A stretch of 64,000 nt of DNA from Eutreptiella sp. 'Long Island Sound 2002' (Eukaryota > Protista > Euglenida). Position numbers and translations under genes: made by a program. Where the stretch lies: contig OZ038379.1 in the NCBI GenBank assembly GCA_964036045.1, positions 23,994,001 to 24,058,000 of the forward strand, given 5' to 3'. The first letter of the stretch is position 1. Each line of letters opens with the position of its first letter. Below the pieces are notes generated by a model, which was given only the letters and a program-made list of their open reading frames with translations, had not been told where the DNA came from and did no database searches. This document shows, piece after piece, positions 1 to 12,560 of the stretch.

Positions 1-299
1 GGGGGGGGGCAACCCTGACCCCCTTCTATCGGCTAAAGGTCAGCCGTGCTGACAGTTTTTGCTGCCATCCAAATGGGCCTCTGATTGGTTATAATCTGTC
101 ACAAGCTTACATAAGCATTCATAAGCTGTTATAAGCTGTCATAGCTGAGGCCTCACCATGACGTCCTGTGGACGGGCAGGCGGCAAACATGTGGGCACTT
201 TGCATATTTGCCGCCAGGGGAAAGAACACCGCAGTGAGGCAGACACAATTGACACAAAAAGGACCAGCACCTGCTTACAAACACTGGTCTCTGATTGAA

Positions 300-2300
300 T
301 ATCTGGTCACGCTGCAGCCACAAGACGAGCTAGAGCAGAGGTGGGACACACACGCACACACGCACACGACACGGCAGAACACACCATAGCACACGACACC
401 ACACCACACCACACCACACCACACTACACACACACACATAAACAAAGACACACACCAACTGACCACACATGCCATCAACTGACCATGCAGGAGGGTACTT
501 ACTGGACCCCTGACTGGGAGGCATTTTCACGGGCCCTGCAAACGTTGCAGTAGGGGGGCCACTTTAGGGAGGGCCACCGCGCATGTCCAGCCCTACAGTG
601 TCATCAACGTTGTAAGTGCCCCCTTGCACTAGACGACCAACCTCAATGTGCACATGGACACGGCAAACAAGGGCGATCCGGATGTGGCCCTTACCTGGCC
701 GCTCTAACATCCGTATGCCAAGGTGTTGCCGCAGCCATCTAGGGACCAATGCGAGCGAGCACCCCCACAGAGCACCCCCACACATCCAAGAGTGGCTAGC
801 CGAACAGGCAGCAGCCCCACAGGTGTGATCCACAAAGACCACTGGGAGTTCCACCACCAGCCAAGGCTTGGCCTCCCTGTGAACTGGTTCCACTCAGACG
901 AGCAGTGGCATATCACTACACACTGCATGAGGAACTTGCCCACCATGGTAGTCTTGGTGGGGTGGAGCAAGCTGTGCTCTAGCATATGATGCTGGACACC
1001 ATGTGCATGCTCTGTGGATGCACATGCAAGCAGACCCAGTCTGCTAGAAGCGCCGGGACCTTTGAGGCAGTGCACTGCAGAAAACTGGCCCTAATCTCCA
1101 ACCTCCCATCTCCACATTCATTTCCCTCAATTCACTTGCCTCCACTCCAGCCCTGAGAGCTAGTGGGGCAACCCCTGCAGGCCTAGGCTTCTGTGCGCAG
1201 GCGGAACCTTGGCAGCAATTTGTAGCATTGCCCCCCTATGGCTGGGGGGCAGCATTCCCGATTGGTAGAGGGCTGCACCCGGGTCTTCTGGCCATGCCAA
1301 CAGACAATAATGCACAGCACATCAAAATGGGTGCACCAATGAGGGGAAGAGGCTTTGTTGCATTGGGAGTGAGGAAGCTGCAAGAGAATGCTTTTTGCGC
1401 ACCACAGGGTTACAAAAACCTGATTTATTGCAGATTATTGAGGAAATGAACCATACAACTAAGAAACAATGCAAATTGATCTTTTGACACCGTCGCTCCA
1501 CCAATAAGATTACTACGCTTGGCTCAACGTGCCAGAGCGTGGATGTGAATCTCACCCTTCTAATGTGGTTCTGGAGGAGGGGCGTTACTCCCTCAGTCAG
1601 AAAAAGCAGAGCCCCAATACTACTTCTTTCCCCGTACCCCTTGGATCAAGCATCATGATCCCTCACTGCACATACCAACAAAATGCCCAGTCATGTTGCT
1701 CTCGCTAACTGAGCCTACAAACACAGTGCCTACTCCTGTCATTCTGCGGCGAATGCTTTCCTGAGTGCCTACTCCCATTGTTCTGTGGCAACTGCATTTG
1801 GTGAGGTTTAGCTTTGAGCACATGCATTTTTGGGTTTGGGCTCATGGCCGCTTTTCCAACCGCTGATGTCCACCCCAACCCCCCATATTAACTGGATCTT
1901 CCCCTCAAACACATCCCTACCCCTCCTTGTGTCATGGGCCACTGGGCTGCAGCCTTTCATCAAACAATTTCCACCTCCAGAGACCAGCACGCAGTTCAGG
2001 CAATATTCCCACGGTGACAATGGTTGCACAGCTCGCCCATGGTGCAGCGATGCACTGTCCACGTGCACACGTTTTTGCACTCCAATCGGGGGCAATGACA
2101 GCCAAAACCCTCTGCCCGTTGGGCCAAGGATGTTTCCTCTGTAGTGGGGGTTCATTGGCCTCTCGATCATTGTGAGCACCCCTCATCCTTGCTGGCTCAA
2201 CACAACTGCAACTCTACACTACATGCGTTCCTCAATCAGAAACTGTTCTGTTCTGTGTCACAAGTCGGACAGCAACGGATGTGGTTTTGCTGGCTGGCTC
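300..2300 (+). mobile_element. Heavily decayed non-LTR retrotransposon-like remnant (region 3' of RT)
   Basis: Broken ORFs with many stops and frameshifts. Shares the motif ggccctgcaaac (~530) with the RT-like remnant near 22075. A possible Cys/His knuckle (C..C.....DHCEH-like) lies near 2100-2180. Pattern-level resemblance only; boundaries approximate. Confidence 0.22.
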
Positions 2301-3814
2301 AGATGGACTGCTATCCAGTTCCTAACCGCCACATGCCACGACCAGTCGTGCGATTGGAGTGAAGCGGATGATATGATGTCGAGGGCAGTTTTTCATGATA
2401 GCTTCCAACAACATTGGCGGCAGCTTCTTCATTCTTTGCGTCATGAAACTCTCAGTACGCACAAATTCTCAGATTTCATTCAGCAGTTCAGCAGTAGGGC
2501 TGCAAATTCACCATGTGCCACAACACACGTTAGCAAATCCACAACACATTAGCAGGCCAAACCGCCCCTGCCTTTTCGTAGTGATGACCCTGAAGCAAAA
2601 TCCCTGGAATGATGACCACACAGTGGGACTGGAAGATCCCTCTCCTCTGATAATCCCAGCAATAATACATCCTTCTGCACAGTTCCAAACAGTGCAGTGA
2701 TCAGTGGTCATCCTCAGGGCTCAAACATGAGAGGGAGCAGACTGAAAACTTCGGATCTTCTGAGATTGAACCACTTGCGTCATGAAGTCTCAGTGCGCAC
2801 TACACTAATGTCGTTCATCCTCAGGGCTCAGACCAAAAACACGTTTCTGAGCAGAAAAAATCACAAGATCTACTAGCAATCCCAAACCATGCATTGAAAC
2901 TGCCGGCTGCCCAAAGATGAGGCTCGATGTGTGGTTCATCCCTCCAACCCAGGAGCTTCAAGTAGCAGTGATACCTGCGCTACGCCCAGGCGGAGCTGAT
3001 GGAGCAGCTGAGGCACCCTTGCCTCTACCGGCTGAGGACGAAGAACCTGGATCTGTAAAATCTCTTAACCGCGGTGGTTGCGCACGATCGTTCCTGGATG
3101 GGTGATGAGAAGGTGACGCTCACAGCAGGGGCTGCACATTTCGATGCAAAACATGCGTATGTCAACTCTGAGGTTGTTTGGGTTGCTTTGCATGCGGCGC
3201 CCTCTACGGATGTCATGCATGCCCAAACGTCCAGTGTTGACAGTTTCCGGAACCCAAGCCCCTCAAGATTCCGCATCTGTTCCTGGGCTGATCCGTTAGA
3301 CCGTTCAGTAGAAAAAAAAATCCCGTGGCATTCATCAAGCCAAAATTGAGCTGAACCTGCACCACTAGGGCCTTGTTGATGCTGGGTGCGAGAGCGGGGT
3401 AGCTCCGCCCGACGCCCTGAAAGAAGACACATGCATCTTACTCGGATACACACGCGCCGTGCCCCTAACCCTGACATAGGCTACGCTGGGGCTTCGGGGG
3501 TGTAATGTGACGTCCATTGCTGCGTTCACCAAATCACTCGAAGATGGCTGGACACGGCAGTCAGTGGAAAGGACCGACTGGATACGGCGACCTGGATACG
3601 GCCTGCTTCCCTTCTTGCTCTTTACTTCTGCCGGCCCTGGGTTAAGGGTCCGTCCAAGGAGGAGGGAGAGGTTTAGGAAGTAGGAAGAGGAAGGGGAGAA
3701 CCGAGCAACCGCGTGGAGGACAGCAGGGTCTCAGGCGAGCCCATGGTTGCACGAGATGCCTTTGGATGATACAACACACAAAGTGCTAGCATGAAAAGAA
3801 AAGGAGCTGGATAC

Positions 3815-6800
3815 CTTAATTTGTTTGTCAACGCAGGGGTATTGAACTCGTTCTTCAATTCGAAAACGTAGAGATTCGACCCAGCAAGCGTAAAGGAATC
3901 GGCGCTGAAGAAAACAAACCCTGCAACAGGCTTTGCGTTGGGGCCAGAGTGTGTCCAATATTTCCAGTTTGCATTGTTCTTAGTTTGAATCTGAGGCATC
4001 TGAAGCTGCAAATGAAGCCTTTTCCAACTGTGTTGCCACAGTCGGCATGGCTGTCGCTTGTATCCCGGTCTAATGTGCAATAAGACGAGTCGCCTGAGAT
4101 TTTGTGGGGAGCAGCCCCTGGCATTTGGAAATGGGGTCATGTGTTTGTCGGCAGACTCTACGTCGCAAACTATTGCTGATTACTTTGTTCCCAAGCATAG
4201 GCAGCCGAAACCCATTCCTCGGCCTCCAGGTAAAGCCGTCTGTTCAAGATAAGTTGCACCACCAGTCATTGCAAAAAACCAGAGCAGTAAAGTGGAAATG
4301 GGTGGCTTTAAGCAACGCTAACCCTCAAGCAAGATATTGCTATGCCCACAGAGAACCCACCATCAAACGGGCCCCCTTTCCAGTACACTCACCTCAAAAT
4401 GATGTTGACTTCCATTTGGGAGCGCAAAAGCAGTCCCAAAACTTCCCAACAAACGACAGCACCGCGGAGTTTCCTTAGACAAGACTTGGTTGTGCAAGAG
4501 TAGGTGTGCCTTTGCCAAGCGCCATGCCGACCTGCCCTGCCCTGCTGCCAGGCGAACAGGTCACTTTGTTGATAACAATTATAATGGCAGCAAACAAGCA
4601 ACCCACAGGCCAAGAACGAAGGTAGTTCCCAGCTCGGGGTCGCAAGAGTCGCGTGGCTGCGGGAGTTTCAACACTCCCCATATTAGCGACGCAGTGCAAT
4701 AGTTTCCAGGCCACCAGGCAACATTAACGACATCAGCACAGCTCCCCCTGGACGCAACCACATTAGAAAGGACAGGAATAAGCATGACCTACCTGTTCGT
4801 GCATTTCGGGGAGTAGGTGGGGAAGTCTGGGTATGGCAGAGGAATGGTCTCAACCAAATCGATGTATGGACAATCTGCTCCCTGCGAAAAATGAAAAACG
4901 CGCAAAAAAATGTCCGAACACAGCTTCATACAAGCTACGCAAAAATTCCCAACGTGACATTGCACAACGGACCCAGCGAAAACTGTTGCTGTCATATTCT
5001 GGAGTCGGGAAAGCAACGTCACCAACCTGAACCCCATCGAACAGCCAAACATTGTGCCATTTTCACTATGGGAACTGTCGCAACATGCCGAGTAAAAAAC
5101 TGTCTCTTGATCCATCCAACAACCAACAAGCAAGCATCTACCACACAACTTCGATCAAAAGTTCGATCAATACATGTATTGATCCTAGCTAGACGGAAAA
5201 AAACATGCTGGCAGAAGAGAACTCTGCAGAGAACTATACCTGTGGCTACCCGGGAAGCCCGCTGTCCCGTCAGCCATGTGTCAGCCAGAAAATGAGCAGC
5301 ACTACACTCCAACCCCAGCATTCTGCTGCCTCAAGATTGGTACGTGCATCACGGAGTGCACCGGCCAAGCAAGCCGCCTCGTAGTCACCCTTTGTCCTTT
5401 ATTGCCCTGAGTCAGTGACTTCTCTAACTATTCTCAACCCTGCTCAAATACGCTGGTGGCAAAAAGGTGCCGCCAATTCACCATGCTGGTGTGTATGCCG
5501 CGGATGGCGCGTTGTGGGAAGAATCTTCACCCGCAGACTCCAACCAGAAAACGAGATCAGACAAGCATCGTGCTACTGTGTTGTGAAACAGACTTTGCCC
5601 TGGACTTGGAGAGTTGGAGCACCCTCAGAAGCGTCGCCCAGTGCTCTGCAGGGCTCCCTGCAGAGAAGGTAGGCGCTGGACCTTGTGGGCTAGATTCCAG
5701 AGAAGCAAAAAACCACAAAAGAAAACAAAAACCAATACCCCCCCCCCCACACCATGGCCCTGTCTCGCCACGAAAGCGGTTTTTTTTTGCCACGTTGCGA
5801 GCGACTAAGTCTGGTCATGTTCAGCGCGCTGGCGCTGGTTGCCTCCCGTCCCACGTTTGAACTCCTTGCATATGTCCTCCTCACTTTTTTTTTTTGGAAA
5901 AGCACCTGCAACTGACAGCTCAGCTAAACCATTCGCGGGGGCTTGCATGCCTGCTGACAGTAGACGGAGATCACCGAAAAAAAAAAAAACATTCTGACGA
6001 AGTCAAGATGCAAGTTGCAAAGTGTTTGGAGTCGCAGTGCGGCAAATTATGGCACACTACCACACTGCGCACACCAGGACGACGAGCAATTCGGGGGAAT
6101 GCCCAGTTCCATTCGATTCGGTTTGATGGGCTGATAGGGCTGGAAAAACGGCCCGCAATAGAACCTCGAACGTCACATACTCTGGTCACGTAAGAAGCCA
6201 GAAACAAGGAAGGACTTGTGCCAGCGAGTGGAGACACCAAAGAGACAGATTTTACCCAACGGACAGATTTTAGCCGGGATAGGCGACTGTCGGCAACTAA
6301 CAACCTCCGGCATACCTGCAATCTGAGGACATTCTTCGCTGGTGGGGCAAGAGGACTTAAGGTATATGGCGACCATTCCGCGGCTTTGGGGAAACACTTG
6401 GGGACTGTGCATCAAGCACTGAAAGTGTGAAGACACACCTGCTTTTTCACGTCCCAAAGGTCGAAAGGCCAACCAGTTTTCATAGCAACGTAGATTTTAC
6501 CATGAGGCATGAGAAGTCGGGCTCCTTCATAGAGAAACCCTGCCAAAAGATACTGGTTGTAGGGAACCGCAAGTTCCAGCTCATCAGGCCCCGTCACAGT
6601 TTCGGGGAAGTTGAAGACTATTTTATCAAATTGAAGATCCAGCTGCATGAGCTTATTCGTCGTGCAGTCCAAATCATAGTTCACAACAGCACCGTACTTC
6701 TCTGCAGCAAAAGTGCGGTATTGATGGTATTCTGTATTGGGAGAGGTGCGAGAAAATGCCGAGCATCGTGCCATACCAAGAGCGGAAATATTCGCCGTCG

Positions 6801-7017
6801 CACCGGGATAGATGCGTGTGGTCTCTTGGTAGCCTGACAATGTCGAGGATAGAATGTTGCTCCCTCCAACAGTTTGTGCGAGCTTCAGGGAAAAGGAGAA
6901 ATCAGACTCACCGATAATCAGGATGTAGTCAGTGTTACTGAATAGAGTATTCTTTGCGGGCTGCGGCCTCTTCGCAGGCGGTGCCCCTCGGTTGCCGGCA
7001 TCGAAGGACCTTTTCAT
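3815..7017 (-). CDS. DUF2431 / BMT5-like 25S rRNA (uridine-N3) methyltransferase-domain protein, spliced; 3' end uncertain
   Basis: Exons 7017-6777, 6701-6439, 4881-4793 and 3904-3815, all with GT-AG introns and matching phases. Family motifs: ILIIGESDFSFSL; NISALEKYGAVVNYDLDCT (after removing a 75-nt intron at 6776-6702); FDKIVFNFP; WDVKKQ|GADCPYIDLVETIPLPYPDFPTYSPK; SFTLAGSNLYVFELK. A donor at 3814 implies at least one further exon (candidate acceptor at 3760). Confidence 0.82.
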
Positions 7018-7165
7018 CTTCTGTCAGCGCAAAAGCGTGGGGTGGAGTACACATAATGTCTGGTCCCATTTTCGCATTCCCAAAAGCTTGCGGGACGTGC
7101 AAAGTGGAGTATACATAACGTCTGGTCCCTTTTTTGCATTCCCAAAAGCTTGCGGGACGTGCAAA
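7018..7165 (-). promoter_or_regulatory. Putative 3' splice / trans-splice acceptor just upstream of the ATG, with a 62-bp tandem duplication
   Basis: Minus strand reads ...ctccaccccacgcttttgcgctgacAG aag ATG (AG at 7022-7021). Two near-identical 62-bp units start at 7042 and 7104 (gtggagta..cataa..tctggtccc..gcattcccaaaagcttgcgggacgtgcaaa). The acceptor role is inferred. Confidence 0.4.
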
Positions 7166-9049
7166 CTCACCGCGCCCATAGGTGACAAAGGCGAGGAAGT
7201 GGAGCGGAGCAAAGGCACCAAGACAGAGGGGAGCCCTCCCAGCCCATCCCAAAGCGTCCAGCGCACAAACGCTCACATGTATCATGAAAGATATCATGTG
7301 CAGTCTACTTCTTCTAGATGTCGTTCAACACCTGTTCTTGTGAAATAGTGATTCAGATGAAAATTTGTTCACTGGCCCTACCAGCGGCGCTGCAATACTC
7401 CTCGGGAGCCTGGGTCACAGGTAACCAGAGGTGGAGTGCAAGGCAAGCGAGAGCAACAAAGCTCCTCACTGAGGTCCTCCTCACTAGTGCATTATGGCTT
7501 GAGCGTGTCTTCGCACGAAACTCTGGACGGAACAGTTGCACAGCGCAGGCGATGGACTTGCACGCTTTTGCCGATTTGCTGGTGCCGAGTCACCGAAGCC
7601 TCTGGAAATTTGTTTCGGATGCTTCCAAGGTGCTTTATGCGTAGATGAAATGCAGGAGTATGCAGTTGCTGGAATTTGATACATCAAGTAACAGTATTGA
7701 AATTGGGCTAAGTTTACCTTTGTGAAGCAACATTGATCAGCAACTCCTTTGAAGCCTCTTGCTAGGACCACGCAATGTCGAGGAACAATAAGGTTGAGTA
7801 CATGGTGGCCAAAATGTGTATAGTTTTGAGACATGGCTGCGCGGTTGAAGTGAACCATGGCTTTGGGACCCTCAAAATGATTGCTAGTGAGCAAGAAAAA
7901 GTCTGAAAGAGGCATATCTTGTAAAACCACCCATGCGGACCCACTGCTAGGCAGGGTTATCTCTAACCGGCATGATTTGGGGTTGTGTTTTCAAAGGATA
8001 ACGGAAATCCGACAAATATATATACCCATGTGCATGCTTCACCCGGACCAATGGATCTAGGTTGCACACTTCGAAACATATATACTGGAAGAAACATTGG
8101 GTTTTTGGGTTAATTGGTCACTCACTGGTTATCGGCCACAACACAAAAAAAATCGCACCAAATCAATTATTTTTCAAAACAAGCTGCATTCGCTTCGAGT
8201 ATTTTTCTAGATCACATGTTACCTAACAAGCGGAGGGAGGCTCCACAATAAGGGGTAAAGAAGTTGGGTGGCATGGGGCTGACATTGGTTAGGCCATGGA
8301 GTCATATTGGATGATGTCAGATGTATAATGATACGCATATAACGAAATGGGATGAACATGTTGAGACGCGTGGACACAAGACACCATACATGAAATCATA
8401 TTAAATGTTTGTGGAAAAGAAAATCTAAAGGAATTTGTCATGCTTCGTTCAGTTTTTATTTTCAGCTTGCCAAGCACCATGGAAGAAAAAGCTTTGCAAC
8501 ATTACAACACTTCGGGTTCCCACTTTGTGCGCATCATGTAAGGTAAGGAAGCCAATAGGTGTACCATTTTGCATGCTTTTAAACAATTAGCTAGCATTTG
8601 AGTTTTTTGGTAGTAAGTTTGCAATGGGAAGTACAAAAGTTGAAGTTTGAAATAAAATCTTACTTGTTGGAAAATATTTCCTTGGAGCTGAGAAATTTAC
8701 AAAATAAGGGACGTCATGTAGGCGCTGGTATATATATTTACTTATATGGAAAATGGACGCTAATGGCAAGTAAGATAGAAAATTTCATCTTAAGCAAAAA
8801 TATTGTCAACATTTCATTCGATGGCTTGTATATCATCCATTTTAACCGAAGAAAGGCGGGCCAACTGAGCAAAATGATACACAGAGCGTCAATACAACAC
8901 AAACCGAAACATTCATAACTCGGGCCTACTTTGTCAAGTTTTCATGAACCAATTTTGAACGGACCGGGCAATCAAGAGCTATCACTGATGACGCGGTCAG
9001 TTGCCATATGTCGGGGTGGGTTGAGGTAGCTTCGGGTGCCATGGGGTTG

Positions 9050-12000
9050 ATTGGGCACAGGCGAGGGGTTAAAGACCATGCAGCTGCTTGGGTGCAATGG
9101 GCACCTTGGGGTGGGCTACAATTTCATGGTATGCATTATGGTAAATTGAAGTAGGTCACGGTATGTGGTGATTGAAAAAGGCGAAACTCGGGTTACTTGG
9201 TGGTTGCTTTGGATGGCTCGGGTTATCTTGTGGTGGGATGACACATCTTGGGTTTCGGTTGTAGTATGTTGTAGCTGATTGGCAAAAGAGGGTGCCTTTG
9301 GGTGCTCTACCGTTTTTTTTTTTACGAATGGTGGTCAAGGTGGTCTATTGGGGTGGTGCCTGCTACCTTGGGGTGGGTTAAGAACCGTGGCGTTCGTTGG
9401 AGTACGATGCATTGGATTGTAGACTTGGAGAGTGGTGGTAAGTTGAAAATGTGTTGGGGTACTTCGGTATTGCAGGCGTCCACGGGTACCTTGGGATGCC
9501 GTGAGGTATCTCGGAGTTTGAAGTGTGAACGCAGTCCACGACACACTGGTTGGCGAACATTTTGTTGGTGTTAGGTGGCTCGGGTTACCTTGGGGTTCAG
9601 TTGAGGCGCATTGGGGTACATTGGGGTGGACTGGGGAAGTATAGGGCAGGTTTGGATAAAGTGGGGTGGGTCGGGCTGCGTTGAGGTACCCCTGCATGGA
9701 TTGGGGTACCTTAAGGTTGGTTGGAAAGGGTTAGGGTGTTGAGGTCCCTTAGGCTCCATAGAGGTTGTGTACCCATCCCTTGGGAGATCCCCCCCCCCAG
9801 CCAAATACCCAAATAGGGTGAAAAACACACAAATACGGCCTAAAACATCCCTTACATACCTTGGATGGTCATTTTAGGTGGTCACAACATCAAAAAAACA
9901 AGTTTCTAAAAATTCTATTTTTCAGCCCTCCAAGGTGAAAAACTGCATCAGCAGGTTGGTGAATGTGGGGTGGCTTTGGGCAACATAGGATGTGTTAAGG
10001 TACCTTGATGGGGTAATGCGGGGCGGGCAGGGGGACCTTGGGATAGGTGGGGATGGGTTGGGATACCTTGGCCTGGGTTGGAGTACCTAGGGTTGGTTGG
10101 GGAGAGTTTCGGTACCTTACTTTGGGTTAGAGTACCTTGGAGTAAATTGGGGTGGCTTGGGATACCTTGGGATGGATAGCGGTGGGTGATGGCACCGTGG
10201 GCCGAGTCAAGAGGCGTAACCACGCACACAACACACGAAACCTGGACTACGTGCTTCTTCGGGTCGTCTTACACCCACTGAAAACGAGCCCAGGCAGGGA
10301 TGAGCAACACAAAGTGTTTAGGAGGGCTTCGGCCCACAACTTCAGCCCCCAAATGCCAGAAACCAAAGGTTGATGAAGATACGCGATGCGTCCCCCCCCA
10401 TGCGTTATCTGCCCAAAGGAGGGAAATGCGAAACTTAGGTCAAGCATTAGGCTACCCATCTCAGCAGAATCCGCTATAGGGTGCTGCCCGCGGCGCTGTG
10501 CCCTTCTTCCATGTAGAGGAGCCGCTTTTTGGGGTGTGTGACGCTATGGTCGAAAGTGGGCGACGTAAAGCCCCTCGGTAAACCCCCCTTAGAGGCAACC
10601 CTAGTCCCGACGGCTACCTACCTACCTATCTACCTACCGACCTGTTGGTCATGACGCTGCCATTGCACATGTACCTCAACAGGATTACTATATTAAAACG
10701 GACAAAAAGCTATTGGTAAGCAAAATACTCCAAAAAGCGCAAACAGCAACACACGCGAAATGTACTCGATGAAATCTTGGATTGTATGCGCAACAAATGA
10801 TGTATTACATGTACACCATGGTCAACTAATCAATCAATTTCAACCTACATAAACTTACACTTAAGAATGATGACCACACAAATCTTTTGTCTTATGTCCC
10901 TTGTTGTTAGCCGCACAAGATAGAAAGCTGCAAAAACAGGTTGTGCCCCAACCCCTTGCCTCAGTCGGGTGAAAGACACAGAGAAGGTCCAAAACATGCT
11001 TTAAATAGATTCGCTTACCATTGTGAATGGTCCGAATTGCTAACGAAATTTCCATTTTTCAGTTGCTAAGGGTGAAAATTTGCATTAGCAGATCCCTTTG
11101 AAGCCGCCTCAGCCCCCCTCCAAACAGCCAAATAGGATGAAAACCACACGAAGACGGCCTGGAACATGCTTTCAATAAAATATTTCATCATTGTGAATGG
11201 CCAACCTATCTAAAAAATCGGGTTCGAAAACTTCCAATTTTGAGCTGCCGAAGGTGGAAGGCTGCATAAGCGGTTGTGCCTCAGCCCCTTGCCCCCTGTT
11301 TTGTACCAAAAAAACCCCTACTTGTACCATAAAACCCCACTATTGACGTTGCCAAAATGGACCCTCACAGATCTAACATGCACCAACAAAAACACGCTTT
11401 CTACCAAAAAAAAGAACAGCTATCTTCCCCATAGATGCTATACTTGTGGACCGTTTTGTGCCAAAAAGCCAACTTGGTTGCCCCCTTTCATACTAAAAGA
11501 CCCGAGGATGGGTTACCTTGGGGTTTCCTCCTTTCCACCACTTTCTATAACTCACACCCCCCTCCTGCACCCAAGCAAAACACTGAGAAGACACTTATAT
11601 TCAGTTAGATGACCTTCCATTCCCCCTCCTACCTCCATACCTGAAATCTGCCTGAATGGAGCAGCCACATGCACTACAAACAAAGCTAGACCTGGGCATA
11701 CGAGGGGGGGGGGGGTAACAGTTCTGAGGATGCACCTAACACCCTACTTGGGCTCCCACACCCCACTCACTCCCGGAGGGTATTAAAAAAAATACCAGAA
11801 ACTGACCAGACAAAATGTACTGAAAACCCCCAGATGTGCACTTGAAACCCCCTGAATAGTAACATAAACCCCCCTAATTGCACCACAAAACCCCCCGAAT
11901 TGTACCAAAGTCCCCCCAAAAAATGTACCATAAAACCCCTTGAAATGTACCAACCCCCCCCCCCCCGAAATGTACCAAATAAACCCCCCAAATGTACCAA

Positions 12001-12560
12001 AAAGCCCCCCCAGGGAGGTTGTTTGGTACATTTTGGGGGGTTTTTTTGGTACATTTTAGCCGAGGGGGTTTTTGGTACATTTTGCGCCAGAACAGGGTTT
12101 TTTTTGGTACAAAGTGGGGGGTTTTTTGGTTTTCACCACCCTTGCCCCCACTGCCACTGACCCACCTCCAAACAATATTGGAGGTTTCGGGGGGCCCATG
12201 GCCCTAGCTACACGGTCCTGATACCATTACGTGGGTCCCTAAGGGTGCTCAAGTCCCCCTATTGTCACCAAATGATCACCCAAACCCATCCCAGGGGCGA
12301 CAGAAAGATTTCAGAAAAAAATCGACTTTTGAAAAATTTTCCGGTGTCACTAGACAACCTACACATCAGCTTTTGGGGGGCCATGGCTCGAGTTACATGG
12401 GCCCAGCGGCCACTACGTGCTTCCCCATGGGTGCTCAAGTACCCGTACTGTCTCAAAATGATAACCCAAACCCATCCCAGGGGTGACAGAACATTTTTGG
12501 AAAAAAATCAAATTTTGAAACCTTTTCAGGTGCCACTAAACAGGCCCATAGCGACCGGGG
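9050..12560. repeat. Block of interspersed repeats: G-rich ggtacc subrepeats, a foldback segment and a ~187-bp direct repeat
   Basis: Related cores at ~9800-9950 and ~11070-11170. aaatgtacc subunits at 11810-12010 are mirrored at 12020-12135. gggtgctcaagt..caaatgat..cccaaacccatcccagggg occurs at ~12243 and ~12430, and a related copy lies at ~32160-32340. Confidence 0.6.

Noticed and set aside
6060-6200. Alternative BMT5-like exon (RFYCGPFFQPYQPIKP)
   Set aside because: It is preceded by an in-frame TGA with no suitable acceptor; exon 4881-4793 fits phase and family motif better.
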